From: Utricularia gibba
Taxonomy: Eukaryota > Plantae > Magnoliophyta
Direction: 5' to 3'
Assembly (NCBI GenBank): GCA_002189035.1
Contig: NEEC01000009.1
Span: forward strand, 2,356,001-2,420,000
Length of the DNA stretch: 64,000 nt
A model generated the notes under the pieces. It was not told the DNA's origin and made no database searches. It was given only the letters and a program-made list of their open reading frames with translations. Below, one piece after another: positions 1 to 13,150 of this stretch; within the stretch, counting starts at the first letter, position 1; each line of letters starts with the position of its first letter. Position numbers and translations under genes: made by a program.

Positions 1-1625
1 GGAGACCACGCTAGCCGCCGACGGCAAAGTTGCCCTTCTCAATTTGGAAAGACCTCGCCGGACAAAGGAATAAGCCGCATCCATATACCCTGCAGCCCCC
101 CGCGACCTCTCCGGTTTGCCGCCTGCACTTCATTTCACATACTTCTTGGGCCCGTTTTATGGCTGCTGCGGTGTTATCTTTGGGCCCGTCGCTATGTCCA
201 ACTGAGAAAGAGAATTGAACAGTTGACAGTTGACAATTGACAGACTCAACGATGGTCCAGTCCAGTCCAGGTTTAGGTTGCCCCAGCTACGGCTAGGGTC
301 CTCAGCCCGGCCGGAAAACAAGCCCCGCAATTGATGACACCAGCAACCTTCCCTCCCCTTTCATCGCCTCTGAATCACTTTTCTAGTCGCATGTCTAGAG
401 TGGGAATCATCACAAGGTTGCTGGTCCATTGTTTAGAGCGGTCTGAAATCTGATGCAGCAGGCACCAGAAGGGAAGTGAAAACAAAAGGAGGGGACATGC
501 TTCGTAGCTTTTTGCATCGGGGGAGCACTGAATCAATGGCACACGATCTGCCCAGTTGCAGAAAACCAACACATGTGCAATAAGTGGAGTCTGATGTTTA
601 AGAAAGTATCATGACAACGCATAGATTCTCATGCGCCTCCCAAGTTTGTTTCTTTGAACATTAATTTCTTCTGCCTGCCCCCTATAGACCGTACACCATG
701 TCTATACCCTACAAGGATCTGTTGAACAAAATCCCATTGAATTCGTAGCTCTACATGCAAATCTAGGAGAGTCTGTTTGCAACAATGAACTGTTGCCCAC
801 GGAGGGCTTCTTTTAAAAGTCGAGAACTGTTATGTAATGAGTTGCAGGTTGATGGTTTATGTGCAGATTGCTTTTTGGAATATGGGTCCCCGCACCTAGA
901 GAGACACTCCTTCACTGCTTTTTTTCTGTACAAGACAAAGGGGAACAAGCAAACTCACCTAGAGACAGGGAAATGTGTTCATGTCATGTGAATATATCAA
1001 TTCATATGCCCTTTGACCAATATCACATCAATCACAGGGATGGAATGGATGCTCTTCAGTGTGTCATTGTAAACATGAAACCAGCCAACAACTCTGGGTT
1101 GATGTGAAGTTTCACATCATTGATGGCTCATGGGATTTCAAATGTTTCTCTTCAGTCTCTAGTTTACTCACAGATAAGATGGAATGGATTAGAAAGCAAG
1201 CATTAAGGAATAGGTTGTTCCCAAAGAGTCATGTGAACACTCTTTAAAAAAGGAGATTCCAAGTAGATATGTGCTGAGTTGTGGATGGAAAGGGGATGGG
1301 GCTGGACTCCAACCCCATCTGTTCAACTCCCCTTGCAATGAGTACTCTTTCCCTTTCTGTGACAAACTTTGCAGGGAATTCTTGTTTGAGGTTTTGTCCC
1401 TTTTGTTCCTGCCATTTGCCATACCTGTTGAACCATTGTGCTTCTTCAATTATTACACATCTTTGGTATATCTCTTCTTCCAAAGAGAGTACAGTGTTTT
1501 ATGCATCGCTGCTCATTATTTATTGCTGCCCACGGGGTCAAAGTAGCAGTGGCCAGAAGTGCTTCCAAAGTCTCCATAAGCCACTACACGTCTTCTTCTT
1601 CCTCCAAATCTTTCAATTTTCAATC

Positions 1626-2949
1626 ATGGCTTCTTCAAAAAGGCACTGGCCAAGCATGTTCAAGTCTAAACCTCATGCACAATGGAGCCATGAAATCAAC
1701 AATTCCAGTAACTGCCATGGAGCTCAATGTTCACCAGGTATGCATGTATGGTTCAAAAATTCTGTGTTTTGTAGTTGTTGATGTATTCTGATGATGGAAT
1801 GATTTGAACAGAGAGAACTCCGGAGCCAAAACCCAGATGGAATCCGAAACCGGAACAAGTTCGAATTTTGGAAGGCATTTTCAACTCAGGAACTGTGAAT
1901 CCAACGAGGGATGAGATTAGAAAAATCAGGATTCAGTTGCAGGAATATGGACAAGTTGGGGATGCCAATGTTTTCTACTGGTTTCAGAACCGCAAATCCA
2001 GGAGTAAACACAAGCAACGCCAGCAACAACAAAACGGCGCTGCACTGAAGTCTCCATCTCCGGCTCTACAAACCATCACTTCTCCTCCGCCCACGATCCC
2101 TCATTGTGACCAACCGTCGAGCAACCTGCAGGCGAAATCCCAAGACCCACAGTCCGCTCCTCCTCCCGCAAAACCGCCGGTTTCCAGCGAGCTCCTATAC
2201 GAACCCACGTTCCTTTTCGAATCACTATCAACATCTGCAAATGGATTTTGCTCATCTGATCGTAACTGCCCTGGTTTACTCCTCAATGAAGTGATGGTGA
2301 TGAGCCAGTGCCAATGCCATTCCTCTCCACAGACCCCCATTCTTCCTCCTCCCATCAATCAAAATCTTCTCGTCCCAGGTAACAAAATTTCAAATCTTTT
2401 GGGGAAATGGATGAAAGAAAGAATCAATGTGGAAACTTACGGAAGCTAACTGACATTCAAACGTAACTGTTCCTCATTTTTGGCATCACTCGGATGCGTT
2501 AATGCTAACGGGTAAAAAAGACAAGATTCCACTCCCCTTTGTTCGCTGTCTCTGGAATTTTCATTGACTAGTCATTTCACACAACTCTGCAACTTCTCCT
2601 TTTTTTTTCTGGGCAAGGTGCGGAAGTGGGACCTACGAGGTCGACGGTCTTCATCAACGATGTATGGTTCGAAATCGGATCTGGGCCGTTCAACGTGAGG
2701 GAAGCGTTCGGGGATGACGCCCTGCTGATCCAGTCGACGGGGCAGCCCGTTTTAACAGATGAATGGGGTGTTACGCTACAGCCGTTACAGAACGGCGGGT
2801 TCTATTATCTTCTCCGGCCGTTCGCTACGCAGTCGCCGGCCCACCGGACTTTCGAGCTGGTACTACTCATTTTGTCCCCTGCCTTGTTGGGAATTCGTGA
2901 ATCATTCCTCCCTAGTTTTGATCGTCTCAAATGCTTGGAACAGGTGTAG
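1626..2949 (+). CDS. WOX9: WUSCHEL-related homeobox 9 (STIMPY/COMPOUND INFLORESCENCE type); exons about 1626-1737, 1812-2378, 2618-2949 (possible extra intron 2860-2943)
   Basis: N-terminus [16 protein letters not shown]; homeodomain [24 protein letters not shown]...[18 protein letters not shown]; C-terminal domain [22 protein letters not shown]...[21 protein letters not shown]; GT-AG junctions keep the frame. Confidence 0.93.
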
Positions 2950-3408
2950 AGAAGGAGCTCAGAGCAGTTCCTTCTGCACCTCATGCCGCCGGCCGGGAAC
3001 CGTTTCCTTACCCATGAGTCTTCTGTATATGCAGACTGTAGTGGTGTGGTCGATAAATGTAGGATCCGGTGACGTTGCTTATTACAAATATTAATATTAA
3101 TTATTATATTTAGGAAAAATCACCGTTCATATTTTTTATTTATGTAAAATTTTCTAATATTGTATAAAAAAATCACAAAATAATTAATTATCTGGAACTA
3201 ATTAATTTATATCATTCTTAGCAATTCATGCCAAAAACCCATTTTAGATGGGTTGAACCGTCTTACTTCGACCGGGTTGGCGGCCTAGGGATGGACCGGA
3301 CGACTGGTTGAACTGGGTTTGTGATGGAGGAATGGGCCATTGAAAATCTGATTATCATCTTATCCTCACTGCACCACCAAGAAACGCGACGCCATAGCAA
3401 CACTCACC

Positions 3409-5034
3409 ATGGTAGGAGTACAAGGTGTTCCCTCATCCACGGCGATCTTGGCCCATACGCGTTTCTCCTCAAAGGCGTCGTCTTTCTTTGTGCCCTCAGC
3501 TCCCGGTACTCGACATTTCCTTGCTGTAACTTGTTACTTGAGTGTGTTATCAGCAACCCCTTGTCAGTTTGTTTCCAACTTTTTCACCAGGTTTCACAAT
3601 GTTGCGTTTTCCGGTGTTGTTTTTAGATGATTTGCATTTCTTGTGTTGCGCTTGGATTTGAAGGCGCGTGATGTATTTTTTTATGGGTCCTGATTAATTT
3701 TGGCTTATCGCTTCAGGGCTGAGCGCGGAGGGGAAATTCCATGGCGATCTTGGGGTTCCGATCAAGAAAAGGCGGTTCCCATTGCGCCTATCAGTTTCTA
3801 ATGTCGCCACCACCGCCCAAGAACAAGTATTTACTTTCTGAGTTGCGATGGTTTTTTAGTCTCAAGCTGCATTTTCTTTTCGCGTGCGTGCTTTTCATTT
3901 CTCTGCTGGTAAGGATATGGTAATGCGGTGAGTGCTTTCAACCTGTTCGCTGAAATGCTTGTGGCATATGAGTTTCAGGTCACGAAGGTTGCCGCCTCGA
4001 AGGAGAATCAGAGGCCAGTATATCCTTTTGCTGCTATAGTGGGGCAAGAGGAGATGAAGCTCTGCCTCCTGTTGAATGTGATTGATCCCAAGATCGGAGG
4101 TGTGATGATTATGGGTGACAGGGGAACTGGGAAATCCACAACTGTAAGATCTTTAGTGGATTTACTTCCTGAAATTAAAGTCGTAGGTGGGGATGCTTTC
4201 AACTCGGATCCAGATGATGCGGAGCTGCAGGGTCCAGAAGTGAGAGACAAGTTCCTCAAGGGTGAAGAGCTTCCTGTTGTGTGGACCAAGATCAACATGG
4301 TTGATTTGCCTCTGGGTGCTACTGAGGATCGAGTCTGTGGCACCATAGATATCGAAAAGGCTCTTACAGAGGGTGTAAAGGCATTCGAGCCTGGCCTTTT
4401 GGCAAAAGCCAACAGAGGGATCCTCTATGTGGATGAAGTTAATCTTCTAGATGATCACTTGGTAGATGTGCTTCTCGATTCAGCTGCCTCTGGCTGGAAT
4501 ACAGTCGAAAGAGAAGGCATTTCAATCTCTCATCCAGCACGGTTCATACTCATAGGCTCTGGGAACCCAGAAGAGGGAGAGCTCAGGCCACAGCTTCTTG
4601 ACCGCTTCGGAATGCATGCACAAGTAGGGACGGTCAGAGATGCAGAGCTTCGAGTGAAGATCGTGGAGGAGAGAGCCAGGTTCGACCGAAATCCAAAAGA
4701 GTTCCGGGAATCCTACAAGGCTGAGCAAGAGAAACTTCAGCAGCAAATATCAGCTGCAAGAAGCGGTTTATCTTCTGTCACTGTTGATCATGAGCTTCGA
4801 GTCAAAATCTCCAAGGTGTGCGCTGAACTGAATGTGGATGGACTGAGAGGCGACATAGTTACGAACAGGGCAGCAAGAGCATTGGCTGCTCTCAAAGGAA
4901 GAGATAAGGTGAGTGCAGAGGATATCAGCATTGTAATTCCTAACTGCTTGAGGCATCGTTTGAGAAAGGATCCCTTGGAGTCAATTGACTCAGGTTTGCT
5001 TGTCACTGAAAAATTCTATGAAGTTTTCAGCTGA
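3409..5034 (+). CDS. CHLI: Magnesium chelatase subunit I, chloroplastic; exons 3409-3505, 3717-3826, 3979-5034
   Basis: [43 protein letters not shown] Walker [13 protein letters not shown] Walker B, C-terminus [12 protein letters not shown]; two upstream exons encode a transit peptide in frame. Confidence 0.98.
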
Positions 5035-6619
5035 GAGATGTGATTTTGCGCGACTTTTTTCATGTATTCTTCTCATATGTAAGCTCTGTGACTTCCAAGT
5101 TTGAAGCATCTATCATATTTGCAGTATTTAGAGGGACACCTACAAGGAATGCTGAGAGAAGGATAAGACATGAAATAACTGTTTATTCTACTGTTCACAG
5201 GTTGATTTTGTGATGAAACTAAAGCAATGCAAGCAACCAAGTAAACTATTTCTTCAATCAGAGCTGCATAGATATTGCACCCATTGGACAAGTGTGTGCA
5301 CCTGGTCGAATTCAAATCAGCCCGTCAAATGAGAGAGGCTTCAGCTTTGCTCATCCTCCCCAAAACTTGGACCTTTATCACGTATTGATATTGCAAAACC
5401 AATCTTCTGCCAGTGATTCAAAAGAAGGGGTACAGTCCATCTTTCTGCTCCATCACAGAAGCCCCACTGTCAGCTCAGCAGTTGTCTTGATTTTCACAGC
5501 ACAAAAGCGAAGTGCCTCCCCATTCATCTCCCCGAATTTGCCATCGTGGGTCCACTTCCCTCCTGGGGTCGGTAGCTACACGCATTGGTCAACGCAATGA
5601 TTGCATCTGTTCAAACACCACCCAATATCCATGCCTGTATGAAACTGAATATCCTGTTTATGGAATCTAGTTCAACGAGCCGCTTTTCCTTAGAGTTAAC
5701 TCTTCCACTCATGACCACATGTTCCCTGCAGCAAAGACAAGGAGATGGAGCAGTACAGCTTGCTTCGTTATAGAATAACACTTTGAGTTTCATACGCCAG
5801 CTGACAAAATATAACAGGATGAATATGCACACAAGCCATGTTTTGTATCAACTAAGCACAGAGAAACATAGATATGCATAAAGACCTGCGATCACAACCT
5901 TACAAGTAGAAGGTAAGAGAGAACGAAAAATCAGATCAAACTCGCGACTAGAATCTCAACCATTAGATGCTAATTGCAAAACATCATTCTGCAGCTTGTA
6001 ATTGAAGTCTCACATTGTAATTCAGGAGGATGAGTCGGGGGTTTGAAGAAGGAGAAAGGGCAACTGCAAACAAGTATCACCCTTGCATTTAACTTCACAA
6101 GAGAGTGCATGGGTATTTTTTTTTATGGTCACATTCTAAAAAATAAAAACAGTATCCAACCGGCCGCGAGTGAGATTTGAAAATTATGCATGTGCAACAT
6201 AATAATCCAAACACACAAGTGGACTTGAAAGAAGGCCTAAAAAGTGTACTTGACTGATCTATAACGAGAATATCCTTAGAAAGAAAATATATGGTCCTTG
6301 GCTAAAACCAATTACGTATTCTTCATAATACTGCAGAGCCTATGAGAATCAACTAGAAAAAAGAAAATATTACAGCAACCATGAAGCAAGCTACTGAAAT
6401 GATTTCAAATAAGAGCTCTGCGTCAGTCTACCAAGTATATAACATGAAATATGTAAACGTCAAAGCCGCATTTCAACTCATCCAAAACAGCGGAATGCAT
6501 TTTGCCATCATCTGCTATACCAAAAAAATAGTGCACCAAGTTGTATACAATAAACAGTTGTGGAATAACAGATAGATGGCACATAGAAAGTAGCAAATGA
6601 TTTTCATTTCTACATCACC

Positions 6620-7802
6620 TTAATATGGATGCATGCCCTGACACGCAGGAATCCTATGGCCAGGGACGGCAGTAGGATACCCATAGCTCCCAGCATCAGG
6701 GAAGCCTCCCGAGCTCTGTAACCCCATGTAAGTAGGGGGTACTCTGTAACCCAATCCACCACCGTATTCCAAAGGTCCAGCCCCTCCAACACCATCGTGA
6801 ATTGACGCACTGGCTCCATATCCAGCACCATAACCTTGTGCCCCTGGTCCTAGAGGGCCAACAATTGGTGCATTGTAGTTAGCACCCTGACGCATCATCC
6901 CAGCCTGTGGTGCAGGTGCCATGTTAGGCGCATATCCCATGCAACCTCCATAATTTGGTACGGGCGTTCCCATAGGCCCAGAACCTGACATCCCAGAAAG
7001 CATTCCGCCAGGAAGTCCCATCATAGGCTTTTGTTTTTTTATTGTCCGTGGCTAACTTGCAAACCACCTTATGCCCATCAATCGTTTTCATAGGATCAAC
7101 CAGAGACGCCCTGGCACCATGTTCGGTCTTGTACACAAAAAACGCAAATCCCTTATCTTTTCCTGTCTGCTTATCAAAGCCCAATAGCCCTTCCTCAATC
7201 TCGCCGTACATCGAAAAGTGGGCTAGCAGTATGTCTGACGAAATCTCAAATGGAATATTACCAACATATATTTTCCTCAAAGCCACATCAGCGGACTGCG
7301 GGTTACCTGAATTGCCCGCTGCCGCAAGCTGAGCCACCGTTATACGTCCGCCGATCTTCTTATTGGAATCTTTTAAGGACAATATCGCAGCATCAATATG
7401 CTTAAACGTGACAAAGCCATAACCTTTAGATTTCCCTGTGTTCTTGTCCGTGATAACAATTGTGTTGGCTTCATCTAACTCCCCATATACAGAAAATGCC
7501 TGGCGAAGTTCTCACTCGTCGCCTCCCAACCAAGGCCACGAACAAAGAGTTTTCTCTGAATAGGATCGGCATCAGCAACGGTTCGCACCGCCTATAACAC
7601 ACCGGGATGACGACGTATAGCAACGCGTAATATCTGGACAATCTGTTCCTTCGACAGGGGTTTCAAGAATCTTCTCCGCGTCATCGGGAGATAAGAATCC
7701 ATCAGCCACTGGAGTTACCGCGGCGGCAATGTCGCTCAGACTCCCCGTAAACGGAATAGCCCCACCGTTCTCGTCTGCCTTTCGCTTCTTAGTATCATCC
7801 AT
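6620..7802 (-). pseudogene. UBA2c: UBP1-associated protein 2C-like (two RRM plus Gly/Pro/Tyr-rich tail) pseudogene
   Basis: MDDTKKRK..ENG start, [48 protein letters not shown]; broken by +1 at about 7661, in-frame TAG at 7592-7594, -1 at about 7509 and +1 at 7034-7040. Confidence 0.85.
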
Positions 7803-8220
7803 GGCAGGGCAAAAAAGAACGATAGTTCGAAAAAACTCGAGTATCGAAATTCCAATGCCCTAGAACCGCGAAAACGAATTTATATACAACTGCCCTCAAC
7901 CAAAACGCTGCGTTCCGAATAAATATCTTTCGGATTTCGCCCCATTACCATTTTCAAATAAATAATAATATACCTTTTCGGGAAAAAATTTTTTTTATAA
8001 AAAATGGAATAATATAAAAAAATATTCACTCATATCTTATTATCAAAAATCATCATTTTTTTTACACATGGATGACTGCATAATATCTCCACACTCATAT
8101 CAATCATATATATACTTTTATTGGGTTAAACAGGTACATGGGCCGATGAATGCTCGGCCCAACACGCAGTTCACGCCCAAAAAGAATTAGTTTTTTTGAT
8201 TCACCTACCTTAATAATGAT

Positions 8221-8408
8221 GTATGTTTGGTAGATTAATTTAATGAAACACAATTGTTTTACAAAACCACCGTAAAAAATTCCAAATCAGGTATTTCAAA
8301 GCTTAACTTCTACATATCTTTTACCAAACAACCTAATTAATAAAGTATTTGTTTTAAACAAATCTATCCAATATAATACTATTCTAAACACGTATGTACC
8401 AAACAAAC
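8221..8408. mobile_element. Degenerate MITE-like element (Tourist/PIF-Harbinger-like ends)
   Basis: GTATGTTTGGTA at 8221 and TACCAAACAAAC ending at 8408 form an 11/12 inverted repeat around an AT-rich core; TAA lies near both ends but no clean target-site duplication. Confidence 0.4.
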
Positions 8409-9379
8409 TTTAATCATAATCATATAATATATTAGCATTATTGAAAATGGCGGTTTTATTACATATATTTAAGTGTGGATTTGATGGTGACGAGGATGAG
8501 GAAATGAATGTCTGCGTGCCTGGGCAGTGGCCACTTGCAATGAAAATAAAAAAGCGAGATGGGGATCGGGATTGTGTAGTCTTTCCGGGACTGGGAGGGA
8601 GGACCAGCTGCAATGAAGGCGGTGGAGGATTCGTTCAATTCATTCCGGGAAGGGGAACGAATCATGCCTCCTGTCCGGACGGCGACAATCCCCACTTGGG
8701 GACACCCCACGCCCTAAACGCGGCGGAGGCAACACGCACCACATGCACTGTCTCACTGCCACTTATCACCACCCCCTTTCTAATTAAAGCTGTTATGAAT
8801 GGTATTAAAAAAATTAGAAATATATGATAATATTTTAAAAAATAAATGAAAAAAGTGAAAGAAAAAAACTCTTCAAGTTATACGAGATTCAAATGGTTTT
8901 TAAATTTTTAAAAAGTGAATCGATTCATAGTATCTTAAACTAACTTTGATTTTACATTTAATGAAATTTTATATTAAGATTGTTCACATTCATATATGAA
9001 AGTTGACGAATCGAAATCCTTTGTTAAGATATTATCGTATTTGTGTGTAATGATTTTTGGAGTTGGATAAGAGTAAGACTATTAAAAGAGAAAAAATGGA
9101 AATTGTAAACAATGTTTATAATGATATATTGCTATAATAACGTTATAATCAAAATCAATTAATTTTGATAATATGAAAAATTAAATATATAATTTCATAA
9201 GTTTATAGATAGGCTTTTTAAAAAATATTAAATTGAATAATCTATGATTCAATTTTGAAACTTGAAATTCAAATTCTTTATATTAATTATTATTTGAAAT
9301 ATAGCATGTAAACTTAACCCAAAAATAAATACAGGAACTTGATATTTTTCGGTTATTTTTAAAATCGGGATAAATAATT

Positions 9380-9470
9380 GGGGGGCCCAGGCGGGGAGTT
9401 TCAAAATAGGGGGGGAGGGGTTAGGTGGGGCCATTAATTTGGGGAAGAAGGGAAATGACGAATATGGGGC
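9380..9470 (+). other. G-run cluster with a canonical G-quadruplex motif (9409-9430)
   Basis: G6, G4, G7, G4, G4, G4, G3 and G4 runs on one strand; GGGGGGGAGGGGTTAGGTGGGG fits G3N1-7 x4. Confidence 0.5.
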
Positions 9471-10267
9471 GGAAGAATTAAAGCCGTTTTCGCCTAACTG
9501 TCCTTGTAATTAGCCCAACGGTATTCCCGTGACGTGAGGTTTGTCTACGGACACGACAAACGCAGCTTTAATGGTTTTCTCTTTCTTTTTCTTGCCCAAA
9601 GGATATGTAATGATTTTGGGGAAGCTCCGGATCCGCCATGGCCGGTTTCTCACTCACTCACTTTTGGCCCCCACCACGTTCGCTCTTGCTTTCGGTAGTT
9701 GTCGCTACTCCGTGTCAAAACCCCCCTTCTTTGCAACAGGGAGTTTGGAGGAGCCTATTTCTTCTGGCTTGGTCGTTGTTTTTCTTTCTCGTGTTGTCTT
9801 TTCTTTTGATTTGTTTTTCTCCGTCTCTATTGCCAAGACTAGCGGCAGTCACGGCCAGGGAAACAGCCTTTTTCTGGTTTACTCGGGTACGCTTTTCTAA
9901 AGGCGTGAGCTTTTCTTGTTTTGTGGGTTGAGTTTGCTCGTTGTTCCTACTGCCTTTTGTTTTCTGGGTTCGGGAAAATCTCCGCTTCTCTACTTTTTGG
10001 GTAAATACATTTTGCTTCGTGTATGTTCTTTTTGCACTACCCATGATTTCTCCTACTAATTTTTGTATTCTCAAGGTGGATTCTTAACAGTTTTTCCATG
10101 GCTTTTTACTGTGTTTCTTTGTTTTCCAAGATTTGGTTTCATATGCACGCTCTCTCCCCTTCGAATGTTGTATTTCTGTCTGATGATCGTAAAGAAGTCC
10201 TTTTTTTTTAATCTGATTCACAGTTTTATTTCAGGCTAGCAGGAAAGCTTGATGCCTTAAATCTCAA

Positions 10268-12392
10268 ATGGAGAAAAGACAATTGAATCTTAATGCTCCA
10301 TTGATATCTGCCAGGAGATACTCATCGCCATTGAAGTCATCTGAGCTTGTAAATAGTCAGGTTATTCAAGTGAAGTTATCCAGCAACCACCACCCTGGTG
10401 CAGCTGATACATCTGAATGGGACTCTGAGGCTCTGATACCTTCTGGAATCCCATTTCAATGGGAACAAAGCCCTGGGAGACCTAAAGATGATATTGTTAC
10501 CACAGGGAAGGGTGCTTCCCGGCTTCCTCCTGCTCGAGCATTGGATGCCTTTCGGCGTTACCGTTCGGGTGAACTTCCCAGGGGTCCTCCAGGAGGGATC
10601 TCCAGGTTCAGTTCCGGAGAAAGAATCAATGATCACAAAATTCTCAAGCCCCAAGTCGAAGGTTTTGCCTTCAATGATCATGCTGTTCTCCTAGAGAAGT
10701 TGAACGAGAGTTTGAACTGTGATGAAGGGAATGGCTCTGAAAGTGGCCATGATGCATACTCCGATGCACTTGACATGCTTTCTTCTGAAGGACCTGCGGC
10801 CATGGACAACAACAATTTGGGTGGAGGTGGTGATCTTTCTTCACATCCGAATTTATCAGGGCCATTTAGTGTTGACACTCAAACCAGAGACTTTATGATG
10901 AAAAGGTTCCTTCAGGCAGCTAAGGCTGCTGTGGTGGAAATGCCAAAGTATGATGTGAAGACGCCTCTGGTTGTCAATGAGCTGCCCAAAACAATGGTGA
11001 AGAAAACGGTTTCCAGAGCAATAGCACCCTCTCCAAAGCATAACAGCATCACAGGTGGTTTTCCATATGATCATCACCTTGCAGATGATGGGAAGAGTGA
11101 AGATGAGCAAGAGCGTAGAATGCCTGTTAAAAGATCAGGGAGGTTGTCTTGGTGGGTACTTCCCCGGTTTTGCGTTAAGAACACTTTTCGCCTCTTGAAT
11201 CCGCTTCCGGGACTGAAAGCAAAGAAGATGACACCATCTTTTCCCAAAGCTATCTCTCCTGGAACATTCACAAGAAATGCAAGGAGTGGACCTCTTGACA
11301 GGGTAATCCTAATCTTCCCCTTCTTTCTCGCCTGTACTTTGATGGTAAAGCTGTTTTCTGATCTGATTTTGGAATGAACTTCTTGTGTAAATGCAGAGTG
11401 GATTGCCTGCACCAGAGCCTCCGAAAAAGAAATTCTACTCCGGATTGCTATCTCGGGACATGTTGGGGAATGAGAATAAGCTAAACTCTGCTTCTCATTA
11501 TTCTTACAAACCAGAGGTATCCCAGTTGAGGCGCTACAGAAGTGGCAACTTGTCTCCATACAGAAATGAATCACCAAAGTCTCCTTTTCGTGATGGGGCT
11601 GCATTTCTTGGCTCCCCGAGGGAAGTTGACGCCTCCAATGCTAACAAGATTGCATCTTCTCGCAAGATCTTTAACGCTCTGCGTAATGTGTCATCGAAGA
11701 GCCATAGAGATGAGAAGAGATCAGGGATAGTCGTGGAGGCAGAGGAGAAAACAGTGTACATAGACAAGTCTTCTTACAGGAAAAATGCACATGTAGACTA
11801 CTACTCGGGCGAGAATATGACGGCTGCTGCTGCTGCGCATGGATTCCAGAGCATAGAAGATGTGAAAGCTCGGCGCTTTAGGTACGGATCACCGGACGCA
11901 TTCCATGATTCTGCTTTTCCTGACGCCAAACGAAACCAGAGGCACGACACAAGGCTCGTGGAGTGCACGAAACAGCTCGCTGTTGCCCCGGTAGAGGTTC
12001 TGAAACCGGCATCATATGCTAGAAACGAGCTGTTGAAGTCTCCGTTACCACCACCATTACCAAATTCACCCACAGAATCATGGCTATGGAAAACCCTGCC
12101 ATCGGTTCCTCCGGAGAAGCCCTTCCCTCCTTCTCATCAACGAGTGCAATGCCAGGCGAAGCACCAGATTCCCAAAGCTCGATCCCTGTGGAGAAACCCT
12201 GCTGCCATCGACCCCTCTTGGGAGACGATTGTGAAACACTCTAATGTAGGACAACAACATAGGCCATACTCACAGGTGCGAGGCTTTTCTACATTCATTC
12301 CTTCACTATCCTAACCTTCCACTCCTGCTTACAACCATGCAATTCTGCAGGAATTCCTACCCCGTGCGACTCATCGACAGACCACATCATAG
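10268..12392 (+). CDS. DUF688 family protein; exons 10268-11302, 11397-12275, 12351-12392
   Basis: KRQLNLNAPLISARR, SGIPFQWEQSPGRPK, DAYSDALDML, RDFMMKRFLQAAKA, TESWLWKTLPSV and WETIVKHSN motifs; phase-0 GT-AG junctions. Confidence 0.9.
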
Positions 12393-13150
12393 CTGATGGC
12401 ATGCTACCAATCACCCGCCCCAACACAGCACTCTAGAGTAGAAGCTGAGTAGGGAAGATCAAAGCATACCATCACCATCCATTCCTTGTCTTTCTCCATT
12501 CGTGTGTTTGTTGCTGTTAGTTCATGACAGAGCTTCTGCTCAGTCCATGGGGTTCTGTATTTTCAGTTGTTGCAAGATAAGGAAAGGAGCGCACACTCAG
12601 CTCCTACCTTTCCCATGCAAAAGCACCCACCTGCTTCCACATTTAGTTGACGAATCCCCCAAATCTACCACCACAGAGGACCCCTACCCGAACCGGGGGC
12701 CGTACCGATCTGCATGTAAATTATTTGGTAATAATAAGAATACAGGTACTGTGTAGGGGTCTCCCTCTTTCAACTCCCGACTCAATTATCGTGACGTCAT
12801 ATTGGCCAATCATGTGCTGTAAATTTATGTACAATCAACAGCCGCCAGTCTAGGAATTTTTGTTTTTTTAATTCTTTTTTCTTTCTCGCAATGCGATTTA
12901 TGAGAATTATATTTTTTCATAAAGATTTAAAACATATAATATCATTATTTCTTTTATTTTTTTTTTAAAAAAATGACTTAATTGAACATTTTTTAGGTAT
13001 TTTTTAAAACTAATCATTCTAACATTCTCTCACATATTAAGATAAACATTTTGTACTGTTTATTTTAACAATATAATGTTTACTTTTCGAAATCATCCAA
13101 ATTTTTGTATACAAGCGAACAGCTACAACGTTAAATGTTCTGTCTGAAGG

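Noticed and set aside
1244-1483. LEEEIYQ resembling Ty1-copia reverse transcriptase (LEEEIYM)
   Set aside because: No flanking RT motifs (DVKTAFL, LKKSLYGLKQ, YVDD) in any frame; chance match
300-1620. Many 60-170 aa ORFs upstream of WOX9
   Set aside because: No recognisable domains or coherent splice structure; treated as WOX9 upstream regulatory DNA
2812-2949. Long novel C-terminal extension of WOX9
   Set aside because: An 84-nt in-frame GT-AG intron (2860-2943) would reduce it to about 17 aa, within normal family variation
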